Origin: Cyclobacteriaceae bacterium
Lineage (GTDB): Bacteria; Bacteroidota; Bacteroidia; Cytophagales; Cyclobacteriaceae
NCBI GenBank assembly: GCA_016787725.1
Contig: JAEUTZ010000005.1
Location: 72,317-136,316 of the forward strand
Length of the DNA stretch: 64,000 bases
Reading direction: 5' to 3'
The translations under genes were made by a program, and so were the position numbers. This document shows positions 1-8,958 of the stretch, one piece after another (within the stretch, counting starts at the first letter, position 1; each line of letters starts with the position of its first letter). The notes under the pieces are model-generated. The model searched no databases. It was not told where the DNA came from and worked only from the letters and a program-made list of their open reading frames with translations.

Positions 1-1
1 C

Positions 2-307
2 CGGGTAGAGTTAGACAAACCAATCGCGAAAGCCGACTTTCAAAAAATTACCGATGGCGTATACCTGGAGGAAGGAAAAGCCATCGTTGATGATTTGGCC
101 ATCGTAGAAGGCGACAACAAAGTACTGGGGATTGAATTACACATTGGGTGGAACCGGATTGTGCGTAGAATTTTTGAATCCCTCGGATATGAAGTAGTTA
201 AACTGGACCGGGTAGTTTATGCCGGTCTTGATAAAAAAGACCTGGGCCGGGGCGAATGGCGGTTTTTAAAGCCGGAAGAAATTGTTCGGTTGAAACATTT
301 CAAATAG
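2..307 (+). CDS. rRNA pseudouridine synthase, RsuA/RluB family (3' part, runs off window start)
   Basis: Frame open from base 2: RVELDKPI...GIELHIGWNRIVRRIFESLGYEVVKLDRVVYAGL...LGRGEWRFL, the typical C-terminal RsuA/RluB motifs. Confidence 0.85.
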   Translation, partial: RVELDKPIAKADFQKITDGVYLEEGKAIVDDLAIVEGDNKVLGIELHIGWNRIVRRIFESLGYEVVKLDRVVYAGLDKKDLGRGEWRFLKPEEIVRLKHFK

Positions 308-326
308 GCAAGCGCTGAGGAAAAGG

Positions 327-362
327 AACAGGGTCCATGAAAATTCACGGACCCTGTTTTTG
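327..362. terminator. Hairpin between convergent genes, probable bidirectional intrinsic terminator
   Basis: AACAGGGTCC(327-336)...GGACCCTGTT(349-358) with inner TGA/TCA pairing, followed by T-rich tract. Confidence 0.7.
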
Positions 363-363
363 T

Positions 364-2778
364 TTAATCACTCTTCAGATTTTGAACCGGATTTACAAAC
401 GTAGCCCGGATCGTTTGAGAGCCAATGGTGATGACGCCAAATACCAACAATACAAGAACTCCAATGGCAATTACGGTTGCATCAAAAGATGTATGGTAGG
501 CGATCAGCTGCAGCCAGGCATTGTTGGCGAAATAGGCCAGGGGTACCCCAATCAACACAGAAAGCGCAATCAGTTTAACAAAACCCTTCGAAAGCAAGGC
601 CACCAAAGCCGTGTTGCTCGATCCTAAAATTTTCCGGATAGAAATCTCCTTAATGCGCGTTTCCGTTGTATAGGTAGCCATGCCCAATAAACCGAGGCAC
701 GAAATCATTATCGCCAGCGAGGCAATCACAGTGAGGATGGTTACAATATCCCCAAATACGATTTCGTAAAACATTTTAATCTCCGAATCTACGGGTTTGA
801 AATCCACTTTCAGGTCGGGGTTAACGGTTGCCCATGCCTTTTCAATGGTGCGGGCAGCCTCTTCGTATGAACCCAAATATGACACTTGCAATAAATTGAA
901 CTGGTCAGGATTGTAAAGTAAGGCCATCGGACTTATCTCGCGGGTCAAATCCCGATGGTTGTAATCGCTCACCACACCGATTATGGTTCGCTTTGAAGAA
1001 TCCGATTCCTGAATCAGTTCCTGACCCAGCGCCTCCTGGGCAGATCCAAGATTGAATTTCTCCACTGCCTTTTTATTAATGACGATATAATCACCATTGG
1101 TCTCTTTCCCTTCTATCGAATAGAAGCGGCCGGCCATCAATTCAATATTCATGTTGGTGAGATAATCCTCATCAACCAAAAAATAACCCATATTCACCCA
1201 TTCGGGGTCATCGAGGATGCGTTTATAACCACCGCTATAGGAAATGCCCGCAGCAGGAACATGCGAGGCCGCAGCAACACTGGTAATGGTATTGAATTTC
1301 GTCAGTTCATTTTTCAGGTTTTGAGCCGAAGTGTTGTTCAGCCGAATCATAATATTTTTATCCATGTTAAATCCATGGTCCTGATTCAGGAATAACTCCA
1401 ACTGATTGTACAACACCAGTACCGATAGAATGAAGAAGAGTGACAATGTAAATTGAGAAACCAGCAGTGCCTTCCGAATACCGATTCGTGAAAACAATTT
1501 AAGATTGCCCAAATTCTTGAGCACCTTCACCGGCTGAAATCCGGAGAGAACAACCGCTGGAAAGAACCCAGCCAGAATTCCAACCACCAGCGCAAATACT
1601 ATGAATATTGCCAGCACCATTTCATTCAACTCAAGGTCCCATCTAAAAATGCGTGCAAAATTCAATTGGAGAATCATGGGCTTTAAAAGGATAAGGAATG
1701 CCATGGCTAATACCAGGGCCACCAGCGCCACCATCACCGATTCGCTCAGGAATTGGGTAAAGATCTGCCAACGCGCTGCGCCTGTAACTTTGCGAATCCC
1801 TATTTCCTTGGCCCTTGTTAGCGATCGTGCAATGGAGAGGTTCGTGAAATTAAAACAGGAGGTAAGTAATATGAGTAGTGCCAACCCACCCAGGAAATAG
1901 ATGAACAACCAGGGCAACACGGGTCCGATCGGATTATTATTGAAAGGGCCTGGTGTAATAGCCATCAGCGGCTGCAAAGCAAACTTCATTTTATATACTC
2001 CGGGATTCTCGATACTGCCAATATGCTTCTCAAAGATTTTATCCAGGTTATGCTGCATCACTTCGGTCGACTGCCCAGCCTGGGGCATAACGTACGTCCA
2101 GCCATTCCAATAATTAGTCCAATCGGTTAATGTCTGTTTGCTGGGTAGGCTATTGACGGTGGCTATGCTGGCCAGCGCTTCAAATACGATGTGCGATTTA
2201 TTTTGGGTCTCTTTAAGTACCCCGGTTACCGTATAGGTGCCGATGTCACCCACTTTTAGAGTTTGGCCAACCGGATTCTCTTCCTTAAAAAGTTTGTTCG
2301 CTGCCTTTCGGGTAAGTACTACGGTATAAGGTTCTTTCAAGGCAGTGGTTGGATCACCATACAGAAACTCGTAGTCAAAGAATTCAAATACTTCAGGGTC
2401 GGCAAAAAAGCCTGAGATGGGGATGTTGATGTCTTGATTTTCGAATTCAATCCAGCCGTTGCCAAAACCACGCATTAAGCGTACTACTTGCTCAATGCCT
2501 GTGTAATTTTCTTTCAACTCCAGCCGCAGGGTCATGGGCGAGGCCGCATTTTCCTGGCTGTCGGTTACCACACCATTCTGATCCACAGCTTGCGTTACAA
2601 TGCGATAAATTCTATCCCGATTTGGATTATGCCGATCATAATTGAATTGATCGGCCACCAGCATAATGATTCCCATGCATACGGACATGGCTACGGCCAA
2701 TCCGAAAATATTAATGGCTGAAAAAAACTTATGTCGAAGCAAACTGCGTATGGCAGTTTTAATGTAATTCCTAAACAT
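364..2778 (-). CDS. ABC transporter permease, MacB/FtsX type (duplicated periplasmic + FtsX domains)
   Basis: 804 aa; MFRNYIKTAIRSLLRHKFFSAINIFGLAV start; two FtsX motifs (NFTNLSIARSLTRAKEIGIRKVTGA; RIKEISIRKILGS); C-terminal NPVQNLKSD. Confidence 0.92.
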   Translation of the reverse strand: MFRNYIKTAIRSLLRHKFFSAINIFGLAVAMSVCMGIIMLVADQFNYDRHNPNRDRIYRIVTQAVDQNGVVTDSQENAASPMTLRLELKENYTGIEQVVRLMRGFGNGWIEFENQDINIPISGFFADPEVFEFFDYEFLYGDPTTALKEPYTVVLTRKAANKLFKEENPVGQTLKVGDIGTYTVTGVLKETQNKSHIVFEALASIATVNSLPSKQTLTDWTNYWNGWTYVMPQAGQSTEVMQHNLDKIFEKHIGSIENPGVYKMKFALQPLMAITPGPFNNNPIGPVLPWLFIYFLGGLALLILLTSCFNFTNLSIARSLTRAKEIGIRKVTGAARWQIFTQFLSESVMVALVALVLAMAFLILLKPMILQLNFARIFRWDLELNEMVLAIFIVFALVVGILAGFFPAVVLSGFQPVKVLKNLGNLKLFSRIGIRKALLVSQFTLSLFFILSVLVLYNQLELFLNQDHGFNMDKNIMIRLNNTSAQNLKNELTKFNTITSVAAASHVPAAGISYSGGYKRILDDPEWVNMGYFLVDEDYLTNMNIELMAGRFYSIEGKETNGDYIVINKKAVEKFNLGSAQEALGQELIQESDSSKRTIIGVVSDYNHRDLTREISPMALLYNPDQFNLLQVSYLGSYEEAARTIEKAWATVNPDLKVDFKPVDSEIKMFYEIVFGDIVTILTVIASLAIMISCLGLLGMATYTTETRIKEISIRKILGSSNTALVALLSKGFVKLIALSVLIGVPLAYFANNAWLQLIAYHTSFDATVIAIGVLVLLVFGVITIGSQTIRATFVNPVQNLKSD

Positions 2779-2789
2779 GATTTTCGATT

Positions 2790-3182
2790 TTAAGTAATAA
2801 TCTGGTTATTGGATGCCCAGGTAAGGGTATAGGTGGCTGCATTTTTCTTTAACCGAAACGAAAGCTCAGAACCTGAGAGATCGAGAATCAAATACTGAAC
2901 TTCCTCCTCGGTAATTAGCACCAGTTTTTTGCCTTCATTCTCCAATCTCCATTTGCCTTGTTTTGCATTTTGAAGGGGTGATGTCGATTGCCAGCTACCA
3001 TCTTCAGAAAAGCTGATTTGCGTGTCTCCTGGCAAGGAATGATGGATGCCAATGCCCGACATCTCATCCGATTTTATTTTCCAGGATTTATTGGTCAATA
3101 TTTCTTCTTTCGAATTTTGGGCAAGTACTGCTCCACTCAAAAGCAGCGCTATGAGTAAGAAAATTCCACTTCGTTTCATCAC
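2790..3182 (-). CDS. Exported hypothetical protein, lipocalin-like beta fold
   Basis: Signal peptide ending AVLA-Q; LTNKSWKI, FSEDGSW and GKWRL strand motifs; 11 nt upstream of the permease start. Confidence 0.6.
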   Translation of the reverse strand: MMKRSGIFLLIALLLSGAVLAQNSKEEILTNKSWKIKSDEMSGIGIHHSLPGDTQISFSEDGSWQSTSPLQNAKQGKWRLENEGKKLVLITEEEVQYLILDLSGSELSFRLKKNAATYTLTWASNNQIIT

Positions 3183-3535
3183 TTATTAATTTCTTTTTTA
3201 ATGGTGTAATAGTAAATCAAAAAACCAAGAGACACCGAGACAGCAAATAATCCATAAGGAAGTGGAGACTCCGGACCGGTAGGGATATATTCCATGATGA
3301 TCAGGGAAAGGCCGGCAAAGAAAATGATAAGGCCCCATTTAAGTGCACTGAATTTGCCATCCCCTGCTGTATGCCGCTTAAAAATTGCCTGGGTATCATC
3401 GTTTACAAAACCCTTTTCGATCATCTTCTTCTTCAGAATATAATCCGTCATCACTTTTGTAAAAAAGAAAATCGACCCGCCAAAACTTCCAATAATGGTT
3501 AAGGGCATAAGCACATCGCGTAAATCGTTATTCAT
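3179..3535 (-). CDS. Small membrane protein, DUF6249-like
   Basis: 118 aa, three hydrophobic segments, ALKWGLIIFFAGLS motif; 4-nt overlap with the downstream gene. Confidence 0.6.
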   Translation of the reverse strand: MNNDLRDVLMPLTIIGSFGGSIFFFTKVMTDYILKKKMIEKGFVNDDTQAIFKRHTAGDGKFSALKWGLIIFFAGLSLIIMEYIPTGPESPLPYGLFAVSVSLGFLIYYYTIKKEINK

Positions 3536-3575
3536 GTTTTTTGCTTTTAATTGTTAAAATTCTGGTTTTGGTGCG

Positions 3576-3605
3576 TGAGACACACGGATTGGAGGGGATG
3601 TTGCA
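3576..3605 (-). promoter_or_regulatory. ECF sigma-type promoter driving the DUF6249-lipocalin-permease operon
   Basis: Minus strand TGCAACATCC-N10-GTGTGTCTCA; same motif and spacing as the plus-strand copy at 3687-3716. Confidence 0.65.
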
Positions 3606-3686
3606 ACGTTTCGTAAAATTTATGGTTGCAATACCGCTTATAGGAAATTGATGCTCGAAATGAGCCTCAATTTTTAACTATTTTCC

Positions 3687-3716
3687 TGCAACATCCGTTG
3701 AAAAACGCGTGTCTAA
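3687..3716 (+). promoter_or_regulatory. ECF sigma-type (autoregulatory) promoter of the sigma gene
   Basis: TGCAACATCC-N10-GCGTGTCTAA (AAC -35 and GTC -10 cores), ending 7 nt before ATG 3724. Confidence 0.65.
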
Positions 3717-3723
3717 CTCCAAA

Positions 3724-4284
3724 ATGATCGATGACAGGGCGCTGGTTGCCCAGGTTTTAAGTGGCGACAGGCAAGCTTTCCGGGTGCTTATCAAGCAACA
3801 TGAACGGCTGGTGGGTCACATGATCGCCCGCCTCATTGATCGGAATGAAGACCGTGAGGAACTTTGTCAGGACGTCTTTATGAAAGTGCATGAAAAGCTG
3901 GGCGAATTTACTTTTCAATCAAAGCTAAGCACCTGGATTGCCACCATTGCCTACCGGCATGGCATCAACCATCTGCGCAAACGTAAGATTGAAATCAGCA
4001 ACTGGCCTGAGGAGGAAAGCATGGAGCGATTTGTGGCCATCGAAGACGCGTCAGAAACCCTGGCTGAGAAAGAACTGGATCAATTGGTATTGCAACTCGT
4101 TGAAAAATTACCACCGCAATACAAGGCGATCCTTACCTTGTATCATGTGCAGGAAATGACCTATCCCGAGATAGTTGAAATCACGGGCTTGCCGGAAGGA
4201 ACCGTAAAGAATTATCTTTTCCGGGCCCGGCATTTGTTGAAAGAAAAAGTAAAACAGTACCTTGGCAAAGAGGCAATGTTATGA
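3724..4284 (+). CDS. ECF RNA polymerase sigma-70 factor
   Basis: Region 2 (EELCQDVFMKV, WIATIAYRHGINHLRK) and region 4 (YPEIVEITGLPEGTVKNYLFRAR). Start moved from GTG 3709 to ATG 3724 because the GTG lies inside the promoter -10. Confidence 0.92.
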   Translation: MIDDRALVAQVLSGDRQAFRVLIKQHERLVGHMIARLIDRNEDREELCQDVFMKVHEKLGEFTFQSKLSTWIATIAYRHGINHLRKRKIEISNWPEEESMERFVAIEDASETLAEKELDQLVLQLVEKLPPQYKAILTLYHVQEMTYPEIVEITGLPEGTVKNYLFRARHLLKEKVKQYLGKEAML

Positions 4285-4655
4285 ATGACGAAGCACTACA
4301 AAATCAAATTGAATCCGGGTTTATACCTGATCATGAAGATGGTCAGGCTTATAAACATGTTTTCAATGCCTTAAAACAAGCGCCCGAATTTCAGGTTTCG
4401 TTGCCTTTTGCTGATCGTATTCTTACCCATCTTAACAAGAAAGAGGAGCAGCGCGATTATTGGTGGTTAGCCGCTGGAATATTTCTGGTGATCATCGCCC
4501 TGATTGTAACCCTGGCACTCACTTCTGCACGGTGGTCGGCTGGTATCTTCACCTTTCTTTCCGGTTACCGGGGACTAATTCTATTTGGAATCGCATTTAT
4601 TCTTGCGCTACAATGGATTGACCGAAAAGTATTGAAAAAACAAACCGGACTGTAA
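4281..4655 (+). CDS. Probable membrane anti-sigma factor
   Basis: ATGA overlap with the sigma gene; soluble N-terminal ~55 aa followed by two TM helices. Confidence 0.6.
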   Translation: MNDEALQNQIESGFIPDHEDGQAYKHVFNALKQAPEFQVSLPFADRILTHLNKKEEQRDYWWLAAGIFLVIIALIVTLALTSARWSAGIFTFLSGYRGLILFGIAFILALQWIDRKVLKKQTGL

Positions 4656-4764
4656 GGCAATCCACCCGTAATTCCATTTCCACAGCGGATTAACCTCCCG
4701 TAAAAAATCTGTAACCAACCTTATCCGGTTCCGGTATTTACGCTTTGTAATTTAATCTCCTTTC

Positions 4765-7700
4765 ATGAATAAATACGCTACCCCACTCTGTATGATGCTT
4801 ATTCTGGTAAGCATCGCCACGCTGGCTCAGGAACCTAAAAAGGAAGAAAAAGCCGACACTGTAAAAAAGGAAAAGCCGAAAAAGAAAAAGGACTTACCCC
4901 TGGAAGTAGCCAGGCGTGTGCCTATTAAAACCACCGAAGGCACGTGGATGTCGTTGGATGTTAGTCCGGATGGAAAGACCATCGCCTTCGATTTTTTGGG
5001 CGACATTTTCACCATGCCCATCACCGGAGGCAAGCCCGTCCAATTTACCAGCGGTTTGGCATTCGATTCGCACCCGAAATTCAGTCCGGATGGAAAGCGG
5101 TTATTGTTTATTTCCGATCGCAGCGGTGGTGAGAATATCTGGTGGTTTACACTGGATAAAAAAGATTCACTGCAGGTTACCAAAGGCAACACGGACCATT
5201 ATCAATCTGCCGAGTGGACCCCGGATGGAAATTACATTGTCGGATCGCGGGGTGGTCGTAACCTGAAATTATGGATGTTTCATACGGAAGGAGGCTCCGG
5301 TGCGCAGCTTATCAGCAAGCCCGATAATTTGAAAACGGTGGAGCCTGCTTTTGGTGCCGATGGCCGTTATATCTGGCATGCCCAACGCAATAATGCATGG
5401 ACTTACAACGCACAACTTCCACAATATCAACTGGCAATTTACGATCGGGAGACGGGTGAAACCGAAACCGAAACTGCCCGGTATGGTTCCGCCTTCACCC
5501 CCACCCTTTCCCCCGATGGTAAGTGGCTGGTGTACGGATCGCGATACAATGATCAAACAGGTCTTCTTCTTCGCGACCTGAAAACGGGCGATGAAAAGTG
5601 GCTCGCCTATCCCGTGCAACACGATGAGCAGGAATCCATTGCTCCGTTGGGCGTATTACCCGCCATGTCTTTTACCCCTGACAGTAAAAATGTGATCGCA
5701 TCGTATGGTGGCAAGTTTTACAGCATACCGGTTGCCGGAGGCAATGCTGTAAACATCCCTTTCGAGTTGGAGACAGAATTTCTGATGGGTGCCACGGTGG
5801 CAGATTTTAAATACCCGATCAAGGATGATAAAGATATGGTTGTCACCCAAATTCGGGATGGTGCAGTATCCCCCGATGGGAAACAACTTGCATTCACAGC
5901 CCTGAATAAGTTGTATGTGATGGACCTTCCTGCCGGAACACCCCGCAGAGTTACCACCAACACCGTAACGGAAGCCATGCCTGCCTGGAGTAACGATGGC
6001 AGCCAACTGGCCTGGGTAACCTGGGAAGGCACGGCCGGTAACATTTACAAGATGAACTTCAAAGTAAAAGGTGCCAAGCCGGTTAAACTCACAACCTCCC
6101 CTGCGTTGTATAGCGAACCCGCCTGGTCAGGCAACAAGATTGTGTTCCTGATGGGCACCGCTCACAATTATAAAGAAAGTGACGGCCCCTTTGCGTTCTC
6201 CAGCCAGGAAGATCTTGCCTGGATCAGTGGCGATGGTGGCGCAGTCAACTTCATTGCCAAATCAAGAGGAAGGGGCATGCCTCACTTCACCAAAGCGGGT
6301 GATCGAATCTATTTGTACAGCGGACAAAAGGGATTGGTGTCCATCCGGTGGGATGGAACAGACGAGAAAGCACATCTGAAAGTTACCGGCATTACTGTAT
6401 ATGGCTTCACCAACGATGAAAACCAGTGCATGTTGGTGGAAACATCGGCCGAGCCACAACGCGAACCTTCCAACGCTTCAGTCATTCTGATGGCCCCGGA
6501 AGGAGATCAGGCAGTGGCAAAAATCAACAATGATATTTATGTTGTCACGGTGCCGAAAACGGGTGGTGAAACTCCAAAAATTTCTGTGGCGGATGCCGAA
6601 AACGCCTCTTTTCCAGCCCGCAAACTCACGAAAATGGGTGGCGAATTCCCAAGCTGGAGTAGGAATGCAAAAACTGTTTACTTCTCGTTAGGCAACGCGT
6701 TTTTTACCTATACCCTTGATGAGGCGAAAGCCAACGAGGAGGCATTGAAAAAGAAAAAGGCGGAAGAAGAAAACGCAAAAGAGGATGGCACAGTAAAACA
6801 AGAAGAGAATATACCGGCAGAGAAGAAAGATGAGACCTACAAGCCCAATGAAATCCGGGTTAAGATTACCGTGCAAAAAGATATCCCCAGTGGAAAAATT
6901 CTTTTACAAAACGCCCACATCATAACGATGAAAGGGGATGAAGTTATTGAGCGGGGGGATGTCTTGATTGAAAACGCGCGTATCAAGCAAGTAGGTGCAG
7001 CCGGCACAATTTCGGTAGATGGATCGGTGCAAAAGATGGACGTAAGCGGGAAGACGATCGTTCCCGGTTTTGTTGATACTCATTCGCACATGTGGCCAGC
7101 CTGGGGCATTCATAAAAATCAGGTGTGGATGTATGCAGCCAACCTCGCATACGGGGTAACCACCACCCGCGATCCCCAGACCTCCTCTACCGATGTATTG
7201 ACGTACAGCGATATGGTTGAAACCGGTGAAATCATTGGCCCCAGAATTTATTCTACCGGACCGGGCGTTAGCTACTGGATGTACAATTTAAAAGATGCCG
7301 ATCAGGCCAAAGACATTTTGAAGCAATACTCGGAATACTACAATACCAAGACTATCAAAATGTACCTGACCGGCAACCGGCAGCACCGGCAATGGATCAT
7401 TCAGGCGGCAAAAGAACAAAACCTGATGCCAACCACCGAAGGCGGGTTGGACTTCAAACTCAACCTGACCAATTTAATTGATGGGTATCCCGGGCACGAA
7501 CACGCATTCCCGATTTATCCGCTGTACAAAGACTTTACCACTGCAGTGGCCGCTTCGGGCATGACCTATACACCTACCTTGCTGGTGGCCTATGGCGGTC
7601 CCTGGGCAGAAAACTTCTACTATGCAACGGAAAATGTCAATGGCGATCCAAAATTGAATCACTTCACTGCCAAGTCTGAGCTCGATTCAAAATCGCGAAG

Positions 7701-8148
7701 AAGACCAGGCTGGTTTATGAAAGAAGAACATGTATTTGAGGATCATGCCCGCTTTGTGAACGATCTTGTAAAAGCCGGTGGAAATGCAGGGATTGGTTCA
7801 CACGGTCAGTTGCAAGGATTGGGATATCATTGGGAATTGTGGAGCGTTGCCTCAGGAGGATTAAGCAATCACAACGCATTGAAAGTGGCAACCATTCAGG
7901 GTGCGAAAGCCATTGGGCTGGATGGCGATCTGGGAAGCATTGAAGCAGGCAAGCTCGCTGACCTGGTCATACTCGATCAGAATCCGTTGACGAACCTACG
8001 CAACACCAACACCGTAAATAAAGTTATGAAGAATGGCCGGTTGTATGATGGCAATACACTGGATGAAGTGTACCCGACTGTTCGGAAAGCTCCATCTTTT
8101 CAAAAGGATCAGGTGAGTCCACAAGCGGGGTTACCTGGTATACGGTAA
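4765..8148 (+). CDS. Exported PD40/TolB-like beta-propeller protein with C-terminal amidohydrolase domain
   Basis: Signal peptide; repeated SPDGK/TPDG motifs; amidohydrolase GKTIVPGFVDTHSH and GSIEAGKLADLVIL. Confidence 0.88.
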   Translation: MNKYATPLCMMLILVSIATLAQEPKKEEKADTVKKEKPKKKKDLPLEVARRVPIKTTEGTWMSLDVSPDGKTIAFDFLGDIFTMPITGGKPVQFTSGLAFDSHPKFSPDGKRLLFISDRSGGENIWWFTLDKKDSLQVTKGNTDHYQSAEWTPDGNYIVGSRGGRNLKLWMFHTEGGSGAQLISKPDNLKTVEPAFGADGRYIWHAQRNNAWTYNAQLPQYQLAIYDRETGETETETARYGSAFTPTLSPDGKWLVYGSRYNDQTGLLLRDLKTGDEKWLAYPVQHDEQESIAPLGVLPAMSFTPDSKNVIASYGGKFYSIPVAGGNAVNIPFELETEFLMGATVADFKYPIKDDKDMVVTQIRDGAVSPDGKQLAFTALNKLYVMDLPAGTPRRVTTNTVTEAMPAWSNDGSQLAWVTWEGTAGNIYKMNFKVKGAKPVKLTTSPALYSEPAWSGNKIVFLMGTAHNYKESDGPFAFSSQEDLAWISGDGGAVNFIAKSRGRGMPHFTKAGDRIYLYSGQKGLVSIRWDGTDEKAHLKVTGITVYGFTNDENQCMLVETSAEPQREPSNASVILMAPEGDQAVAKINNDIYVVTVPKTGGETPKISVADAENASFPARKLTKMGGEFPSWSRNAKTVYFSLGNAFFTYTLDEAKANEEALKKKKAEEENAKEDGTVKQEENIPAEKKDETYKPNEIRVKITVQKDIPSGKILLQNAHIITMKGDEVIERGDVLIENARIKQVGAAGTISVDGSVQKMDVSGKTIVPGFVDTHSHMWPAWGIHKNQVWMYAANLAYGVTTTRDPQTSSTDVLTYSDMVETGEIIGPRIYSTGPGVSYWMYNLKDADQAKDILKQYSEYYNTKTIKMYLTGNRQHRQWIIQAAKEQNLMPTTEGGLDFKLNLTNLIDGYPGHEHAFPIYPLYKDFTTAVAASGMTYTPTLLVAYGGPWAENFYYATENVNGDPKLNHFTAKSELDSKSRRRPGWFMKEEHVFEDHARFVNDLVKAGGNAGIGSHGQLQGLGYHWELWSVASGGLSNHNALKVATIQGAKAIGLDGDLGSIEAGKLADLVILDQNPLTNLRNTNTVNKVMKNGRLYDGNTLDEVYPTVRKAPSFQKDQVSPQAGLPGIR

Positions 8149-8168
8149 TTTTCCTTTTCAAAAAAATG

Positions 8169-8198
8169 AAAGCCTCCTCAAAAAGGAGGCTTTTTATT
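8169..8198. terminator. Intrinsic terminator, possibly bidirectional
   Basis: AAAGCCTCCT-CAAAA-AGGAGGCTTT followed by TTATTT; A-rich tract on the 5' side. Confidence 0.8.
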
Positions 8199-8199
8199 T

Positions 8200-8295
8200 G
8201 AATTGAGAACCAACCTGATACTGCCGTGTTAAATAGAGGTGGGAAGCGCCCCACAGTTCTCGTGGATAACCGATAAAGAGCAGGTTTCTCAAATC
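8200..8295 (+). ncRNA. Candidate 6S RNA (6S-Flavo-like); strand uncertain
   Basis: Intergenic rod: closing stem TTGAGAA..ACCTG / CAGGT-TTCTCAA, apical hairpin GTGGG-AAGCGC-CCCAC, weakly paired centre. The element order resembles my recollection of Bacteroidota 6S-Flavo RNA; not searched. Confidence 0.5.
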
Positions 8296-8358
8296 TTCCC
8301 GAACCAAGAAACCAGTTACCATTCTGACAAAAATTAGATCGAACTATCAACTTTTACT

Positions 8359-8366
8359 TACTTTCG
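8359..8366 (+). promoter_or_regulatory. Bacteroidota sigma-A -7 element (TACTTTCG)
   Basis: Near match to TAnnTTTG, 5 nt before GTG 8372. Confidence 0.45.
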
Positions 8367-8371
8367 GGTTA

Positions 8372-8878
8372 GTGAAACGCTGGCCCTCGATATTCCTTCT
8401 AAGTCTGATCCTGATTCAGGTAAGCGGGTGTTACGTTTATTTTATTGGTCGACTTGCGGCAATCCGCTTAGAAATGCGCGAGCAGTTAAAATACATACCT
8501 GAAGAGCAACTTACCCGTTTTGACTTTACTGCAGGGGAATTTCAACGCGCCCGTGTTGATGATCATGAAATTAACGTTGGCGGCAAGATGTATGACATTG
8601 CCCGCATCACCGAACAAGGCAATTTTCTTGTTGTGCTGGCCCTGCACGATGAAGCGGAGGATAACTTGCTTTCATTTTTGAATGAATTGGTAAAGCGATC
8701 GACCAACGACAAGAAACCAATTCCTGAACAACTCGTCAACCTGCTTTCGCTGGAATTCATGCTCGAAAAAAATGTGTTGCCCGTTAATTGCAGCCAACCC
8801 ATTCATCATACATCGCTTTACCAGAAAGTGGCAAGCCTTGTATTCCAGAATAACGAAACTCCGCCTCCCCGCGGGTGA
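8372..8878 (+). CDS. Hypothetical protein upstream of TonB receptor, ending in TPPPRG
   Basis: 168 aa; N-terminal hydrophobic segment; HEINVGGKMYDI core; C-terminal poly-Pro. Confidence 0.7.
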   Translation: MKRWPSIFLLSLILIQVSGCYVYFIGRLAAIRLEMREQLKYIPEEQLTRFDFTAGEFQRARVDDHEINVGGKMYDIARITEQGNFLVVLALHDEAEDNLLSFLNELVKRSTNDKKPIPEQLVNLLSLEFMLEKNVLPVNCSQPIHHTSLYQKVASLVFQNNETPPPRG

Positions 8879-8958
8879 TTTACTCCGCCTCTTAATTTCT
8901 TAAAGGAACCTGGTCCAAACAGACGGGTATTCCTATTCATTTACTCATTTCAAACTCT

